Source: an uncultured bacterium (GTDB lineage: Bacteria; Patescibacteriota; Patescibacteriia; Patescibacteriales; UBA12465). From it: a stretch of DNA of 64,000 nucleotides. The position numbers were made by a program, and so were the translations under genes. Of the stretch, positions 28,264-37,417 are shown piece after piece. The notes under the pieces were generated by a model. It was not told where the DNA came from and did not search any database. It saw only the letters and a list, made by a program, of their open reading frames with translations. The stretch lies in assembly GCA_942492765.1 (NCBI GenBank), contig OW818634.1, forward strand, positions 601,159 to 665,158, written 5' to 3'. Position 1 is the first letter of the stretch; every line of letters starts with the position of its first letter.

Positions 28264-30675
28264 ATGCTAAAAAATAAATTCGTTCATTTTTTCAAAGAGT
28301 TGACCATCAAAGATGTGCCAATAGTCGGCGGTAAGAATGCCTCGCTCGGCGAGATGTATGGCCATCTGACCAAGAAAGGGGTTAAGATTCCCAACGGCTT
28401 CGCGACGACCGCGTCTGCTTATCATTATTTTTTGGATTCGACTGGATTGAAAGATAAGATAAAAATGATCCTGAAGGGGCTGGACACTAAGAATGTCAAA
28501 GACTTAATGAAACGCGGCGAAGCTATCAGAAAGCTGGTCATCGCTACGGAAATGCCAAAAGATTTTAGAGAAGCGATTCTTAAGGCCTACCGAGAATTAT
28601 CTGCTAGTTATAAGTCTAAGAATATCCATGTCGCCGTCCGTTCTAGCGCGACTGCCGAAGATTTGCCTGATGCTTCTTTCGCCGGCCAGCAAGAAACTTA
28701 TTTGAATGTTTCTGGAGAAAAAGACTTGCTCTTGGCAGTCAGAAAATGCATTGCCTCATTATTCACTAATCGCGCTATCTCCTACCGAGTCGATAAGAAA
28801 TTTGATCACTTCTCAATCGGCTTGTCTGTCGGAATCCAGAAGATGGTCCGCTCTGATCTCGGCTCTTCTGGCGTCATGTTCACTATCGACACTGAATCAG
28901 GCTTTAAGAATGCGGTGCTTATCAATTCTATCTTCGGATTGGGGGAGAATATTGTCCAGGGTCACGTTACTCCTGATGAATTCTATGTCTTCAAGCCGAC
29001 AGGCGCGATAATTTCTAAGAATTTATCCAAGAAGAACATCAAGATGATTTATGACTTGAAGGGCAAGAATCCGGTCAAGAATGTCGCTATCCCGGCAGCT
29101 GACCAGATCAAGCCATCTTTAACGGATAAGCAGGTCATGCAGCTAGCCAAATGGGGCATGTTGATCGAGGAACACTATAAGCGTCCGATGGATATTGAGT
29201 TTGCGGTTGATGGTCAGACCGGCGATACTTATATAACGCAAGCGAGACCAGAGACAGTTCAGAGCCTGAAACCCGTCAATATCATAGAAAATTATAAATT
29301 ATCCAAGAAGGGCAAAGTGATAGTTTCCGGGCAGAGCGTCGGCAGCAAGATCGGCGCCGGCACTGTCAATCGGATGATGGATGTCGCTAATATCAATAAA
29401 TTCAAGCCGGGGCAGGTCTTGGTCACCGATATGACTGATCCTGATTGGGAGCCGATCATGAAGATCGCCTCCGCTATCGTGACCGATAAGGGCGGCCGCA
29501 CTTGCCATGCCGCTATTGTTTCCCGAGAGCTCGGCATTCCTTGCGTCGTCGGCACCGGAAATGGTTCCGTCAGGATTAAAAGCGGCCAGGCCGTGACAGT
29601 AGATTGTTCAGCTGGCGAAGCCGGGTTCGTTTACGAGGGCAAGTTGCCGTTTAAGGTGAATACCACTGACGTCAAGAACATGAAGCGTCCAAAAACTAAG
29701 ATCATGATGAATGTCGGCGAGCCGGACATGGCCTTTGTCAATTCTTTTATCCCTAATGACGGCGTCGGTCTAGCGCGCTTGGAGTTCATCATCAATAATT
29801 ATATCAAGATTCACCCGCTAGCTCTTATCGGCTATAAATCTTTGAAAGACCAGAAACTTAAGAAAAAGATAGATGAACTGACTGTCGGTTATAGCGACAA
29901 GGCGCAATATTTTGTCGATCGCCTGGCTCAAGGCGTAGCGACTATCTGCGCGGCGTATTATCCGAAAGATGTGATTGTTCGTTTGAGCGACTTTAAGACC
30001 AATGAATATGCTAACCTTATCGGCGGAACCGCCTATGAGCCGGTAGAATCCAACCCAATGATCGGCTATCGCGGCGCTAATCGTTATTATTCTCCGCAAT
30101 TCTTGCCAGCCTTCAGATTAGAATGCCGAGCTATAAAAAAAGTTAGAGATGAATTGGGTCTGAAGAACCTGAAAGTGATGGTGCCTTTCTGTCGGACGAT
30201 TGAAGAGGGCAAGCGCGTTCAAGAAATCATGGCAGAAAATGGCTTGCGTCGCGGCCAGAACGGCTTAGAGATATATGTCATGGCGGAAATACCGGCGAAT
30301 ATTATCCTGGCGGACAAGTTCTGCCATATCTTCGATGGCTTCTCTATCGGATCTAATGATCTCACTCAGCTAACCCTGGGAATCGATCGTGATTCCGGCG
30401 GAAGCCTGAACGTCGCTGGAGTTTCTAATGAAAAGAATGAAGCCGTTAAGATATTAATCCGCCAGCTCATCAAGACGGCCAAGAAGTATCGCCGCAAGGT
30501 TGGCATCTGCGGCCAGGGTCCGAGCGATTTCCCGGATTTTGCTGAATTCTTAGTAGAAGAGGGGATAGACAGCATCTCCCTGAATCCGGACACGGTCATT
30601 TCCACGACTTTGGCGATAACGAAACGCGAGAAGGAAATCCGCCGCAGCCGAGGATTCTTGAGCTTATTTTTCTAG
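28264..30675 (+). CDS. ppsA: Phosphoenolpyruvate synthase (pyruvate, water dikinase)
   Basis: N-terminal ATP-grasp domain, phosphohistidine loop GGRTCHAAIVSRELGIPCVVG, and a C-terminal PEP-utilizer TIM barrel (GFSIGSNDLTQL). Confidence 0.95.
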   Translation: MLKNKFVHFFKELTIKDVPIVGGKNASLGEMYGHLTKKGVKIPNGFATTASAYHYFLDSTGLKDKIKMILKGLDTKNVKDLMKRGEAIRKLVIATEMPKDFREAILKAYRELSASYKSKNIHVAVRSSATAEDLPDASFAGQQETYLNVSGEKDLLLAVRKCIASLFTNRAISYRVDKKFDHFSIGLSVGIQKMVRSDLGSSGVMFTIDTESGFKNAVLINSIFGLGENIVQGHVTPDEFYVFKPTGAIISKNLSKKNIKMIYDLKGKNPVKNVAIPAADQIKPSLTDKQVMQLAKWGMLIEEHYKRPMDIEFAVDGQTGDTYITQARPETVQSLKPVNIIENYKLSKKGKVIVSGQSVGSKIGAGTVNRMMDVANINKFKPGQVLVTDMTDPDWEPIMKIASAIVTDKGGRTCHAAIVSRELGIPCVVGTGNGSVRIKSGQAVTVDCSAGEAGFVYEGKLPFKVNTTDVKNMKRPKTKIMMNVGEPDMAFVNSFIPNDGVGLARLEFIINNYIKIHPLALIGYKSLKDQKLKKKIDELTVGYSDKAQYFVDRLAQGVATICAAYYPKDVIVRLSDFKTNEYANLIGGTAYEPVESNPMIGYRGANRYYSPQFLPAFRLECRAIKKVRDELGLKNLKVMVPFCRTIEEGKRVQEIMAENGLRRGQNGLEIYVMAEIPANIILADKFCHIFDGFSIGSNDLTQLTLGIDRDSGGSLNVAGVSNEKNEAVKILIRQLIKTAKKYRRKVGICGQGPSDFPDFAEFLVEEGIDSISLNPDTVISTTLAITKREKEIRRSRGFLSLFF

Positions 30676-30709
30676 ATAGCTGTTTGGATATCAGATAAGC
30701 CAGATAAAT

Positions 30710-30740
30710 AAAAAACGCTCCGGTTGCCCGGGGCGTTTTT
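30710..30740. terminator. Intrinsic terminator after ppsA (also faces the minus-strand 3D-domain gene)
   Basis: aaaaacgctccgg-ttgc-ccggggcgttttt. Confidence 0.8.
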
Positions 30741-30757
30741 ATATGTGAATTTGAAAA

Positions 30758-31372
30758 TTATTCGACTAATTCGACGACCTGAATCTTGGCGACTTTGACT
30801 CCGAAATGGACAGCGTCAGTTCTTTCAGCCATCCAGACGTCGACACGGTTAGGGTGTTTCTTATTCATGCGATCGCGGACGACGAAGACCCTGTCTCCAA
30901 AGAGTTCCGGGATCTTGACCTTAGTACCGAACTTTAAGAAATTAGCGGCGATAGTATCCTCTGCTCCGCTTTCGCAGACGTTATAGCCATTAGCGGTAAT
31001 GCAAGGAGAGTCATCAGTCTGCCCCGCTTCAGAGTTATAGGCTGTAATAGTATGGGTGCTAGTCCTGATAACCTTGAATTCTGAGGAGGAGGCGACACTC
31101 TCGATGACCGGCAGGGTAGCCTTAAGAATGGCTGGAGTCGTCAGTTTAGCGGCCTCTTCACCCATCCTAGCCTCTTTAACCAAGGAATCATTGGTAATAA
31201 TGATGTCAGAGTCATTGGTTTGAGCATTAGCCTTGCTAACAGCCTCATCAGCGAGCGCCGGAGCGAAGAATAAAGCGAATTGAAATATACAAGCGATGAT
31301 TACAAGCAGAACAATGTTCTGCTTTCTACTCAGAGGGACGATTTCTTCACCTAATTTTTGTAGTATTTTCAT
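30758..31372 (-). CDS. 3D-domain (MltA/YocH-like) putative cell-wall-active protein, membrane anchored
   Basis: The C-terminus ITAYNSEAGQTDDSPCITANG...GTKVKIPELFGDRVFVVRDRMN...VDVWM matches the 3D domain pattern with conserved Asp residues. Confidence 0.7.
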   Translation of the reverse strand: MKILQKLGEEIVPLSRKQNIVLLVIIACIFQFALFFAPALADEAVSKANAQTNDSDIIITNDSLVKEARMGEEAAKLTTPAILKATLPVIESVASSSEFKVIRTSTHTITAYNSEAGQTDDSPCITANGYNVCESGAEDTIAANFLKFGTKVKIPELFGDRVFVVRDRMNKKHPNRVDVWMAERTDAVHFGVKVAKIQVVELVE

Positions 31373-31501
31373 ATTTGTTTAATGTTAGCCAATTAAAAAA
31401 TCCCGACTATATCATATGAAAGATATTAAAGCAGGGATTTTCTTGACCAATTACTTTAGCACGGGTAGATAAAAAAGTCAAGACTTGGCTGTGGATAAGA
31501 C

Positions 31502-31530
31502 TTGACGTATTTTATTAATTATGCTATTAT
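31502..31530 (+). promoter_or_regulatory. Candidate promoter TTGACG-17 nt-TATTAT for the 31620 gene
   Basis: -35 at 31502-31507 and -10 at 31525-31530. Confidence 0.5.
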
Positions 31531-31619
31531 ATAGGGATAGTTAATTAAGCAGGACTATCGCCAATAGAGCAGTAATTGCTCTTTAAAAACTGAATATAAA
31601 CCAAAACATAATAGAAACC

Positions 31620-32312
31620 ATGAGAAAGTTAGTAGCAATAACCGTTATCGTGCTAATAAGCATGATGGTTGTAGAAAAATCTTTTTGCCAATCGCAGATT
31701 TACTCCGGCGATAAGAGCTTAAGAGAAAATAGAAGAACTATCCGCCTAATACATGGGCAAGTCTCCAAGTATCAAGAGAATATCAGTCTGATTGTTGAAA
31801 AAAAAGCTGGACATCTAAATAAAGAAGATAGCTTACTAATAGTAAATTATCGTCAAAAGATAGATATTCTGGAGACTAGTTTGAATAACCTTATTGTCAG
31901 CACTTCGGGCAAAGACACTAAAGAAATCATGAACCTAGAAAGCAAAGATCCTAGGAAATCCGCAGAAGCTTATCTGTTAGTTAAGTATGCCGATAACATT
32001 AAAAGTTCTTATGGAGATTCTTCCGAATTAGCCACGGAATCCATGGGCGACAAGTTAAAAGGAATTGTTGTTAATAATTGGTGCAATGAAGTTACCGTCA
32101 AAGTCACTGGTCCGGCCAATTTTTATAGGGAATTCAATTTGAAACCCAACGGCAAGAGCCCAGTATTCGTCCTACCATTTATAGGTGAGTATACTACCGT
32201 ATTCATCTATGGAAACGAAACTAGAATCGTCACTAAGAAAGTGGGACCGAACATAATTTATTATGACGGTGCGGCTGCCTATGATTATAAGGCAACTTTA
32301 CTCAGGAATTAA
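31620..32312 (+). CDS. Hypothetical secreted protein
   Basis: N-terminal signal/TM segment. No recognised family. Confidence 0.5.
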   Translation: MRKLVAITVIVLISMMVVEKSFCQSQIYSGDKSLRENRRTIRLIHGQVSKYQENISLIVEKKAGHLNKEDSLLIVNYRQKIDILETSLNNLIVSTSGKDTKEIMNLESKDPRKSAEAYLLVKYADNIKSSYGDSSELATESMGDKLKGIVVNNWCNEVTVKVTGPANFYREFNLKPNGKSPVFVLPFIGEYTTVFIYGNETRIVTKKVGPNIIYYDGAAAYDYKATLLRN

Positions 32313-32327
32313 GACAAGCAAAAAAAC

Positions 32328-32361
32328 AAAAGAGTGTTAACAATCGTTGACACTCTTTTTT
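32328..32361. terminator. Bidirectional terminator between the 31620 gene and the end of the pilin-like array
   Basis: aaagagtgttaac-aatc-gttgacactcttttt. Confidence 0.8.
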
Positions 32362-32376
32362 CTTGTTTATAGAAGT

Positions 32377-32790
32377 TTAGACAGCTGGCGGCATACTTCC
32401 TCCACCGCTGAAAGGCAGCCATCTGAAGATGAAATAGGTAATTGAGTAGGCTGCTAGCACAATGACTAGGCCGATAATTGCCGTCTTGATTGACCCCTGG
32501 GCTTTCTTGACTGCTTCTTCATTGCCACCTGACGTCATCCAGCGGAATCCGCCTATTATCGTCAGGATTAAGAAGATTATTCCTAAGAAACCGAGAACGA
32601 TTCTGATGATTTTGGATATTAAGACTCCGATATCAACTTGTCCGAAATTAGCTTGTTGGGCGGTAATAGCAGTGATACTGTCTAGACTGCCTTCGCCGGT
32701 GGCATTAGTTATGAGCTGGGCGGAAGCAACTTTGAGGAATAAAAGAGGTGCGATTATCAGGACTAGCGAGGTGATGATTATTTTTTTCAT
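32377..32790 (-). CDS. TrbC/VirB2-like (T4SS-pilin-like) small membrane protein, array member 6 of 6
   Basis: Start set at MKKIIITS (ATG 32790, 2 nt after the upstream stop). Signal peptide ..VASA, variable region, TM1, loop GGFRWMTSGGNEEAVKKAQ, TM2 IIGLVIVLAAYSI. Confidence 0.75.
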   Translation of the reverse strand: MKKIIITSLVLIIAPLLFLKVASAQLITNATGEGSLDSITAITAQQANFGQVDIGVLISKIIRIVLGFLGIIFLILTIIGGFRWMTSGGNEEAVKKAQGSIKTAIIGLVIVLAAYSITYFIFRWLPFSGGGSMPPAV

Positions 32791-32792
32791 AT

Positions 32793-33215
32793 TTAGTTGC
32801 CTAATAATATAAATCTTTGGAAGATGAAGCCCCAAAGGCTATAAGCGGAAATAGCGACAATCAGGCCGATGATAGCTTGTTTGATAGTGCTCTTGGCTTT
32901 CTTGATATCTTCTTCGTTGCCGTTAGCTGTCATCCATCTATAGCCCGCGATGATGATCAGGATCAAGAAGGTTATGCCTAGGAATCCGACGAAAGCGCCG
33001 ATAACCGTGCCGATTATCTTCGGAGTCGAGGCGATGCTAGCATCGGTCTGATAGCCGCCTTCTCCCGCCACGGTCGTAAGCCTATCCATTAGTTTAGATG
33101 GTCCGGCTGGCGGCGGAGGAGGAGTAGAGTCGTCTTGAGCCAGGGCTAAGCCAGGCAGGATAGCAAAGAGACCCAGGGCCAGGAAGTAAATGATTGATTT
33201 GATTTCTTTTTTCAT
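32793..33215 (-). CDS. TrbC/VirB2-like small membrane protein, array member 5
   Basis: Signal peptide ..LALA, PPPPPP-containing variable region, loop AGYRWMTANGNEEDIKKAK, TM2 IIGLIVAISAYSL. Confidence 0.75.
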   Translation of the reverse strand: MKKEIKSIIYFLALGLFAILPGLALAQDDSTPPPPPAGPSKLMDRLTTVAGEGGYQTDASIASTPKIIGTVIGAFVGFLGITFLILIIIAGYRWMTANGNEEDIKKAKSTIKQAIIGLIVAISAYSLWGFIFQRFILLGN

Positions 33216-33224
33216 ATCGCTTGG

Positions 33225-33617
33225 TTATTTCGTTATGAGAGTTCTTGTTAATAGAGTGCTGAATCCAGAGCTCAAAGCGTAAGCCATTAGGATTAGGACT
33301 AATCCGATCATCAGGTTTCTGATGGTTGTCTTAGCTTTTTTGACTTTTTCTTCGTTTCCGGCGGCTTGCATCCAGTCGCTGCCGGCCAAGAAAGTCAAAA
33401 CTATGAAGATAGTCCCTATGAATGAGAGGATTATGCGGATGATAGTGCTTATCCGATTTTCTAAAGTAGTCTCGGTGTCATATTCAGTTGCCGCTGCCGT
33501 AGCCTTGATGTTGTTGGCGTATTCTTGCTGCTTATCAGAATTCAACAGGGCAGCCTGGACTGGGAAAGCCGATAAGATGAGAAATGAAAATAGGAAGATT
33601 ATTCCGGCCTTTTTCAT
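33225..33617 (-). CDS. TrbC/VirB2-like small membrane protein, array member 4
   Basis: Signal peptide ..PVQA, loop AGSDWMQAAGNEEKVKKAK, TM2 MIGLVLILMAYAL. Confidence 0.75.
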   Translation of the reverse strand: MKKAGIIFLFSFLILSAFPVQAALLNSDKQQEYANNIKATAAATEYDTETTLENRISTIIRIILSFIGTIFIVLTFLAGSDWMQAAGNEEKVKKAKTTIRNLMIGLVLILMAYALSSGFSTLLTRTLITK

Positions 33618-33620
33618 AAA

Positions 33621-34037
33621 TTATTGCCAAAAATAATTGATTAAGAAATAGCTCAAGGCATAGGCCGAAAGAGTGATCACTAGCCCGACGATGGCGCTCA
33701 TGATCAAGCCTTCAGCTTTCTTGACCTTTTCCTCGTTGCCGCGCGCCGTCATCCAGGTAAAGCCTCCATAGATGACTAATCCGAAGAAAAGTATGCCGAT
33801 GAAGCTCAGTAGGGTATAGATGACGCGGCTGATTACGCCTTCTAGAGTAGTCGCGCTCGTTCCCGTATCATAGCCAGCGACATTGGCGGCCGCTCCTAGG
33901 CCGCTCTGTTCCTTGAAATTATAAGTTCCTCCGATTCTGTCAGTCGTAGTCGCTGCCGACGCTGGCAATAGGAAGCATAAAGATAAGCAGATAGTCAGCG
34001 AAGCTAAAATCAGTTTTTTAGAAATAAGCTTTTTCAT
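33621..34037 (-). CDS. TrbC/VirB2-like small membrane protein, array member 3
   Basis: Signal peptide ..PASA, T/G/S-rich variable region, loop GGFTWMTARGNEEKVKKAE, TM2 IVGLVITLSAYAL. Its start overlaps the upstream stop (TAATG). Confidence 0.75.
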   Translation of the reverse strand: MKKLISKKLILASLTICLSLCFLLPASAATTTDRIGGTYNFKEQSGLGAAANVAGYDTGTSATTLEGVISRVIYTLLSFIGILFFGLVIYGGFTWMTARGNEEKVKKAEGLIMSAIVGLVITLSAYALSYFLINYFWQ

Positions 34038-34432
34038 TATTGTAGAAGGTTGTTTCCTAAGAAAGCGGTCAAGGCATAGGCGGAAAAGACCACGATAATG
34101 CCGATAATAGCATTTATCAAGAGGCTTTTCGCTTTAGATATCTGTTGTTCGTTGCCGCTAGCGGTCATCCAAAGGATGCCGGCGTATATCATGAGGATGA
34201 AGAAAAGGACGCCGACGAAAGAAAGGGCAATACTGATGATCTGACCTACTCGGGTCGTCAAGAAATTATCGTCAGGCGTAGCTACCTGAGGCACAAAAGC
34301 AGTGACTTTTCCGGCTGTTTCGTTGAGGCCAGTCAGGGGATTGTCGATTACTTCTTCCGCTAGCGCTTGATTCAGGGAAAAGGAAAAGGAAATGAAGGCT
34401 AAAACAAAGATAAGAAAGATTTTTTTTATCAT
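34037..34432 (-). CDS. TrbC/VirB2-like small membrane protein, array member 2
   Basis: Signal peptide ..NQALA, loop AGILWMTASGNEQQISKAK, TM2 IIGIIVVFSAYAL. Confidence 0.75.
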   Translation of the reverse strand: MIKKIFLIFVLAFISFSFSLNQALAEEVIDNPLTGLNETAGKVTAFVPQVATPDDNFLTTRVGQIISIALSFVGVLFFILMIYAGILWMTASGNEQQISKAKSLLINAIIGIIVVFSAYALTAFLGNNLLQ

Positions 34433-34524
34433 AAAGAGGCTAATTATTCACTGTTCTGGACCGAAAAAACTTTTCCGATCCAAGACAGTGACCCCCATCC
34501 TAAGATGAGAATCACTTATTTTAA

Positions 34525-34905
34525 CTAGTTGACGGCATTCATGAGAGAGTTGATGATGAAAGTAGCGATTGCCCATGATGATAAGATGATCACCAAGCCG
34601 ATAACGCCAGCCCCTAACAACTTCTTAGCTTCACCGGTCTTCTCTTCGTTGCCTCCGGCGGTCATCCACTTGAAGCCTCCTAATAAGACGATGCCGACAG
34701 CGATTACGCCCAAGAAGCCTAGAGCCATATTGATAATACGGCCGATGACAGTTCTCGGATCGGTGCTGGACAAAGAATTGTTCAGTCCGTTGCTAACTGC
34801 GTTCAGTCCTGGGTCGAACTGGGCATGAGCCGTCAAGGCAAAAGCCGGGACGACTAAGAATGCTAAGATAGCCAAGGAGATTAAATGTTTAGAAATATTT
34901 TTCAT
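34525..34905 (-). CDS. TrbC/VirB2-like small membrane protein, array member 1 (likely the major subunit)
   Basis: Signal peptide ..LTAHA, loop GGFKWMTAGGNEEKTGEAKK, TM2 VIGLVIILSSWAI. It is the only member with a strong SD (AAAGGTGGTGAATTT-ATG). A 92-nt spacer holding a hairpin separates it from the next gene. Confidence 0.75.
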   Translation of the reverse strand: MKNISKHLISLAILAFLVVPAFALTAHAQFDPGLNAVSNGLNNSLSSTDPRTVIGRIINMALGFLGVIAVGIVLLGGFKWMTAGGNEEKTGEAKKLLGAGVIGLVIILSSWAIATFIINSLMNAVN

Positions 34906-35037
34906 AAATTCACCACCTTTCTAGTTTTTTGATAATTTTTAATTTTACATCTTTAATTTTAGCATATTACCTAGAACAAGACAAATAAATCCGCACATGG
35001 TAAAATAGGAGAGGATTAGCTTATTTTAGCCTATTTT

Positions 35038-36651
35038 ATGAAAAAAATATCGGAAAAAAATCATTTTTCTTTGATTTTGTGGGCTTTTTTCTATTTTTTT
35101 ATATTCACTCTGCTTCTAAGGGGGTCTTTCGGATATTTGGATCCGGATTTAGGCTGGCATTTAAAAGTTGGAGAGGAGATTTCCAGAACCTGGTCGGTTC
35201 CCGAAGTTAATCATTATAATTATACTTTCACGGGCAGATGGGTCGATCACGAATGGCTGAGTAATTTAGCTTCCTATGAGATTTTTAGTCACCAAGGCTA
35301 TATCGCGCTATCCGTCTTGTTTGCGCTCCTTATCGTCAGCGTCCTGATTATGCTTAATGTTTGGGTGCGGCGCGCCTATCCGGCAACATCGCCCTTCTTC
35401 ATCATTATCTTCCAACTTTTCGGAGTCGTCGCTTCTTCGCCGCACTTCGGAGTAAGGATGCAGGAGAGCGGATTATTATTTTTAACGCTTATCTTGATGA
35501 TAATTTATCATTATAATAAGCATAAGGACTGGAAATGGCTCTTGGCGCTCATTCCGATCATGTATCTTTGGGCCTGTCTGCACGGCAGCTTCCTGATCGG
35601 TTTCGCCGTATTCTTCGCTTGGATAGGCATTAAGATCGCGGAAAAGCTCATAAGCCGCTATTGGAGCAAGGATTGGCTGGATTTTTCTAGCTCTTTGAAA
35701 TGGCGCGAGATCGCTGCTTTTTCTAGTGCCGCCCTCTTATCTTTTGCTGTAACCCTGCTTACTCCTTATGGACTGAAGCTTTATTCCTTCTTAAATGGTT
35801 ATAAGGATAATTTTTACGTTTCGCATATCCAGGAATGGCGGTCGCAATTCATTTACCCGTTCCAGTATCAGCAGCTATTATATTTAGCCTTGGTCTTATT
35901 GGCTATTATCTTTTACGTATACTATAGCCGAGGCCATAAGCGTTTTTGGCGGCTTGATCTCTGGACTTTATTTCTTTTTGTTTTCTTCGTCTTCTTGAGC
36001 TTCAAGTCGCATCGTCATTTCCCTCTGATGTTCGTAGGGACTTTCGTCCCTTTGACGGGGATTTTCAGCGCGCTATTTCGGACGGATGATAAAGAAAAAG
36101 CTCCGGAATCGCCCTGGGCCCTGAAAGATTGGTTGAAATGGTATCTGCTCTTATGCTTATTCTTATCATCGCTCCTGCAATTAGTCTCGACTAATTTCAC
36201 TGCCAACCCCTTCTCATCTTTCCGTCGCGATTACCCGGTCGGGGCGGTCGAATATTTGCAAGCTCATCCGCAGTATGATGAGATGCGCCTATTCAATGAT
36301 TATGGCTGGGGCGGCCATTTGATCTGGAGTCTGCCGGAACGCCGCCTGTTCATTGATGGGCGCTTGCCCCAAGTCGAATATCAAGGCCAGACATTCTTGG
36401 AGGAATATTTTGATTTTTTTAAAAAAGACGCCGTCTGTTCCAAAAAGCTGGCAGATTATGAAATCGGCTTAGTGCTTATGCCGCTCCAGGACAAAGAAAT
36501 AAGAGCAAAGAGATGGGAACAGATATTTTTCGGTCTCGGTGGCGAAAATCTAGCTGGCCATAATTATCTGCGTGATTATCTGGTAAATTCTCGCGACTGG
36601 CAGCCAGCTTATTATGACGGGACGGCTATAATTTATAAGAAGATAAAATGA
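35038..36651 (+). CDS. Large polytopic membrane protein, possible GT-C-type glycosyltransferase
   Basis: 537 aa, 10 or more TM helices, an acidic first external loop (YLDPDLGWHLKVGE), and a soluble C-terminal domain. It is translationally adjacent to a GT2 gene. Function is inferred from architecture only. Confidence 0.3.
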   Translation: MKKISEKNHFSLILWAFFYFFIFTLLLRGSFGYLDPDLGWHLKVGEEISRTWSVPEVNHYNYTFTGRWVDHEWLSNLASYEIFSHQGYIALSVLFALLIVSVLIMLNVWVRRAYPATSPFFIIIFQLFGVVASSPHFGVRMQESGLLFLTLILMIIYHYNKHKDWKWLLALIPIMYLWACLHGSFLIGFAVFFAWIGIKIAEKLISRYWSKDWLDFSSSLKWREIAAFSSAALLSFAVTLLTPYGLKLYSFLNGYKDNFYVSHIQEWRSQFIYPFQYQQLLYLALVLLAIIFYVYYSRGHKRFWRLDLWTLFLFVFFVFLSFKSHRHFPLMFVGTFVPLTGIFSALFRTDDKEKAPESPWALKDWLKWYLLLCLFLSSLLQLVSTNFTANPFSSFRRDYPVGAVEYLQAHPQYDEMRLFNDYGWGGHLIWSLPERRLFIDGRLPQVEYQGQTFLEEYFDFFKKDAVCSKKLADYEIGLVLMPLQDKEIRAKRWEQIFFGLGGENLAGHNYLRDYLVNSRDWQPAYYDGTAIIYKKIK

Positions 36652-36652
36652 T

Positions 36653-37417
36653 ATGTTAGTTGATTTCTGTCTGCCGACAAAGAATGAGGCGCTTATCTTG
36701 GAGAATATCTTAGCTCAGCTGATCTCCTATTGTGATCGATCGGATTTTGATTTTTCTTGGAGGATCGTCGTGATCATTAACGGCTCTAACGATTCTTCGG
36801 CCGATATAGCTCAGGAATTCAAACAACGCTTTCCGGACAAGGTCGATTTCATCGAAGTGGCCGAACCTGGCCGCGGCCGCGCCTTGAAAAGATATTGGTC
36901 ATCTAGTTCGGCTGATATCTTCAGCTACATGGATTGTGATCTAGCAGTTTCTCTGGATAATCTTATTGATCTGATTAAGCCCTTAGCAAATAATGAGGCT
37001 GATTTAGCTATCGGTTCGCGGCTGTCCGCCGGAGCAGCTATTAAGCGCTCTCTTTTCAGAGAGATCGTCTCCCAGTCATATAATTTGTTATCCCGCCTCA
37101 TGTTGGGCCATAAGCTGGCCGATCTGCAATGCGGCTTTAAGGCAGTGCGCCGCGAAACCTTCTTGGCGCTTAAGCCTTATCTGGCTGATGATTATTGGTT
37201 CTTTGATACTGAATTAGCTATTTTAGCCATGCGTTCCGGGTTTCGATTAAGAGAAGTGCCGGTAGACTGGCAAGAGAATCGTTATCAGCGCCGGCCGAGC
37301 ACAGTCAAGGTCTTCAGCGACAGCCTGACTTTCATGAAGAACTTGGCAGCTTTCAGGCGCAGACTGAGAAAGATAGGGGCTGAGGCTGCCGGCGGATATC
37401 AAAAGACGTCTTTATAG
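36653..37417 (+). CDS. GT2 glycosyltransferase, polyprenol-phosphate sugar synthase-like (DPM1/ArnC-like)
   Basis: FCLPTKNEA...VVIINGSNDSS...MDCDLA (DxD) and the conserved QCGFK. Starts 1 nt after the upstream stop. Confidence 0.75.
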   Translation: MLVDFCLPTKNEALILENILAQLISYCDRSDFDFSWRIVVIINGSNDSSADIAQEFKQRFPDKVDFIEVAEPGRGRALKRYWSSSSADIFSYMDCDLAVSLDNLIDLIKPLANNEADLAIGSRLSAGAAIKRSLFREIVSQSYNLLSRLMLGHKLADLQCGFKAVRRETFLALKPYLADDYWFFDTELAILAMRSGFRLREVPVDWQENRYQRRPSTVKVFSDSLTFMKNLAAFRRRLRKIGAEAAGGYQKTSL

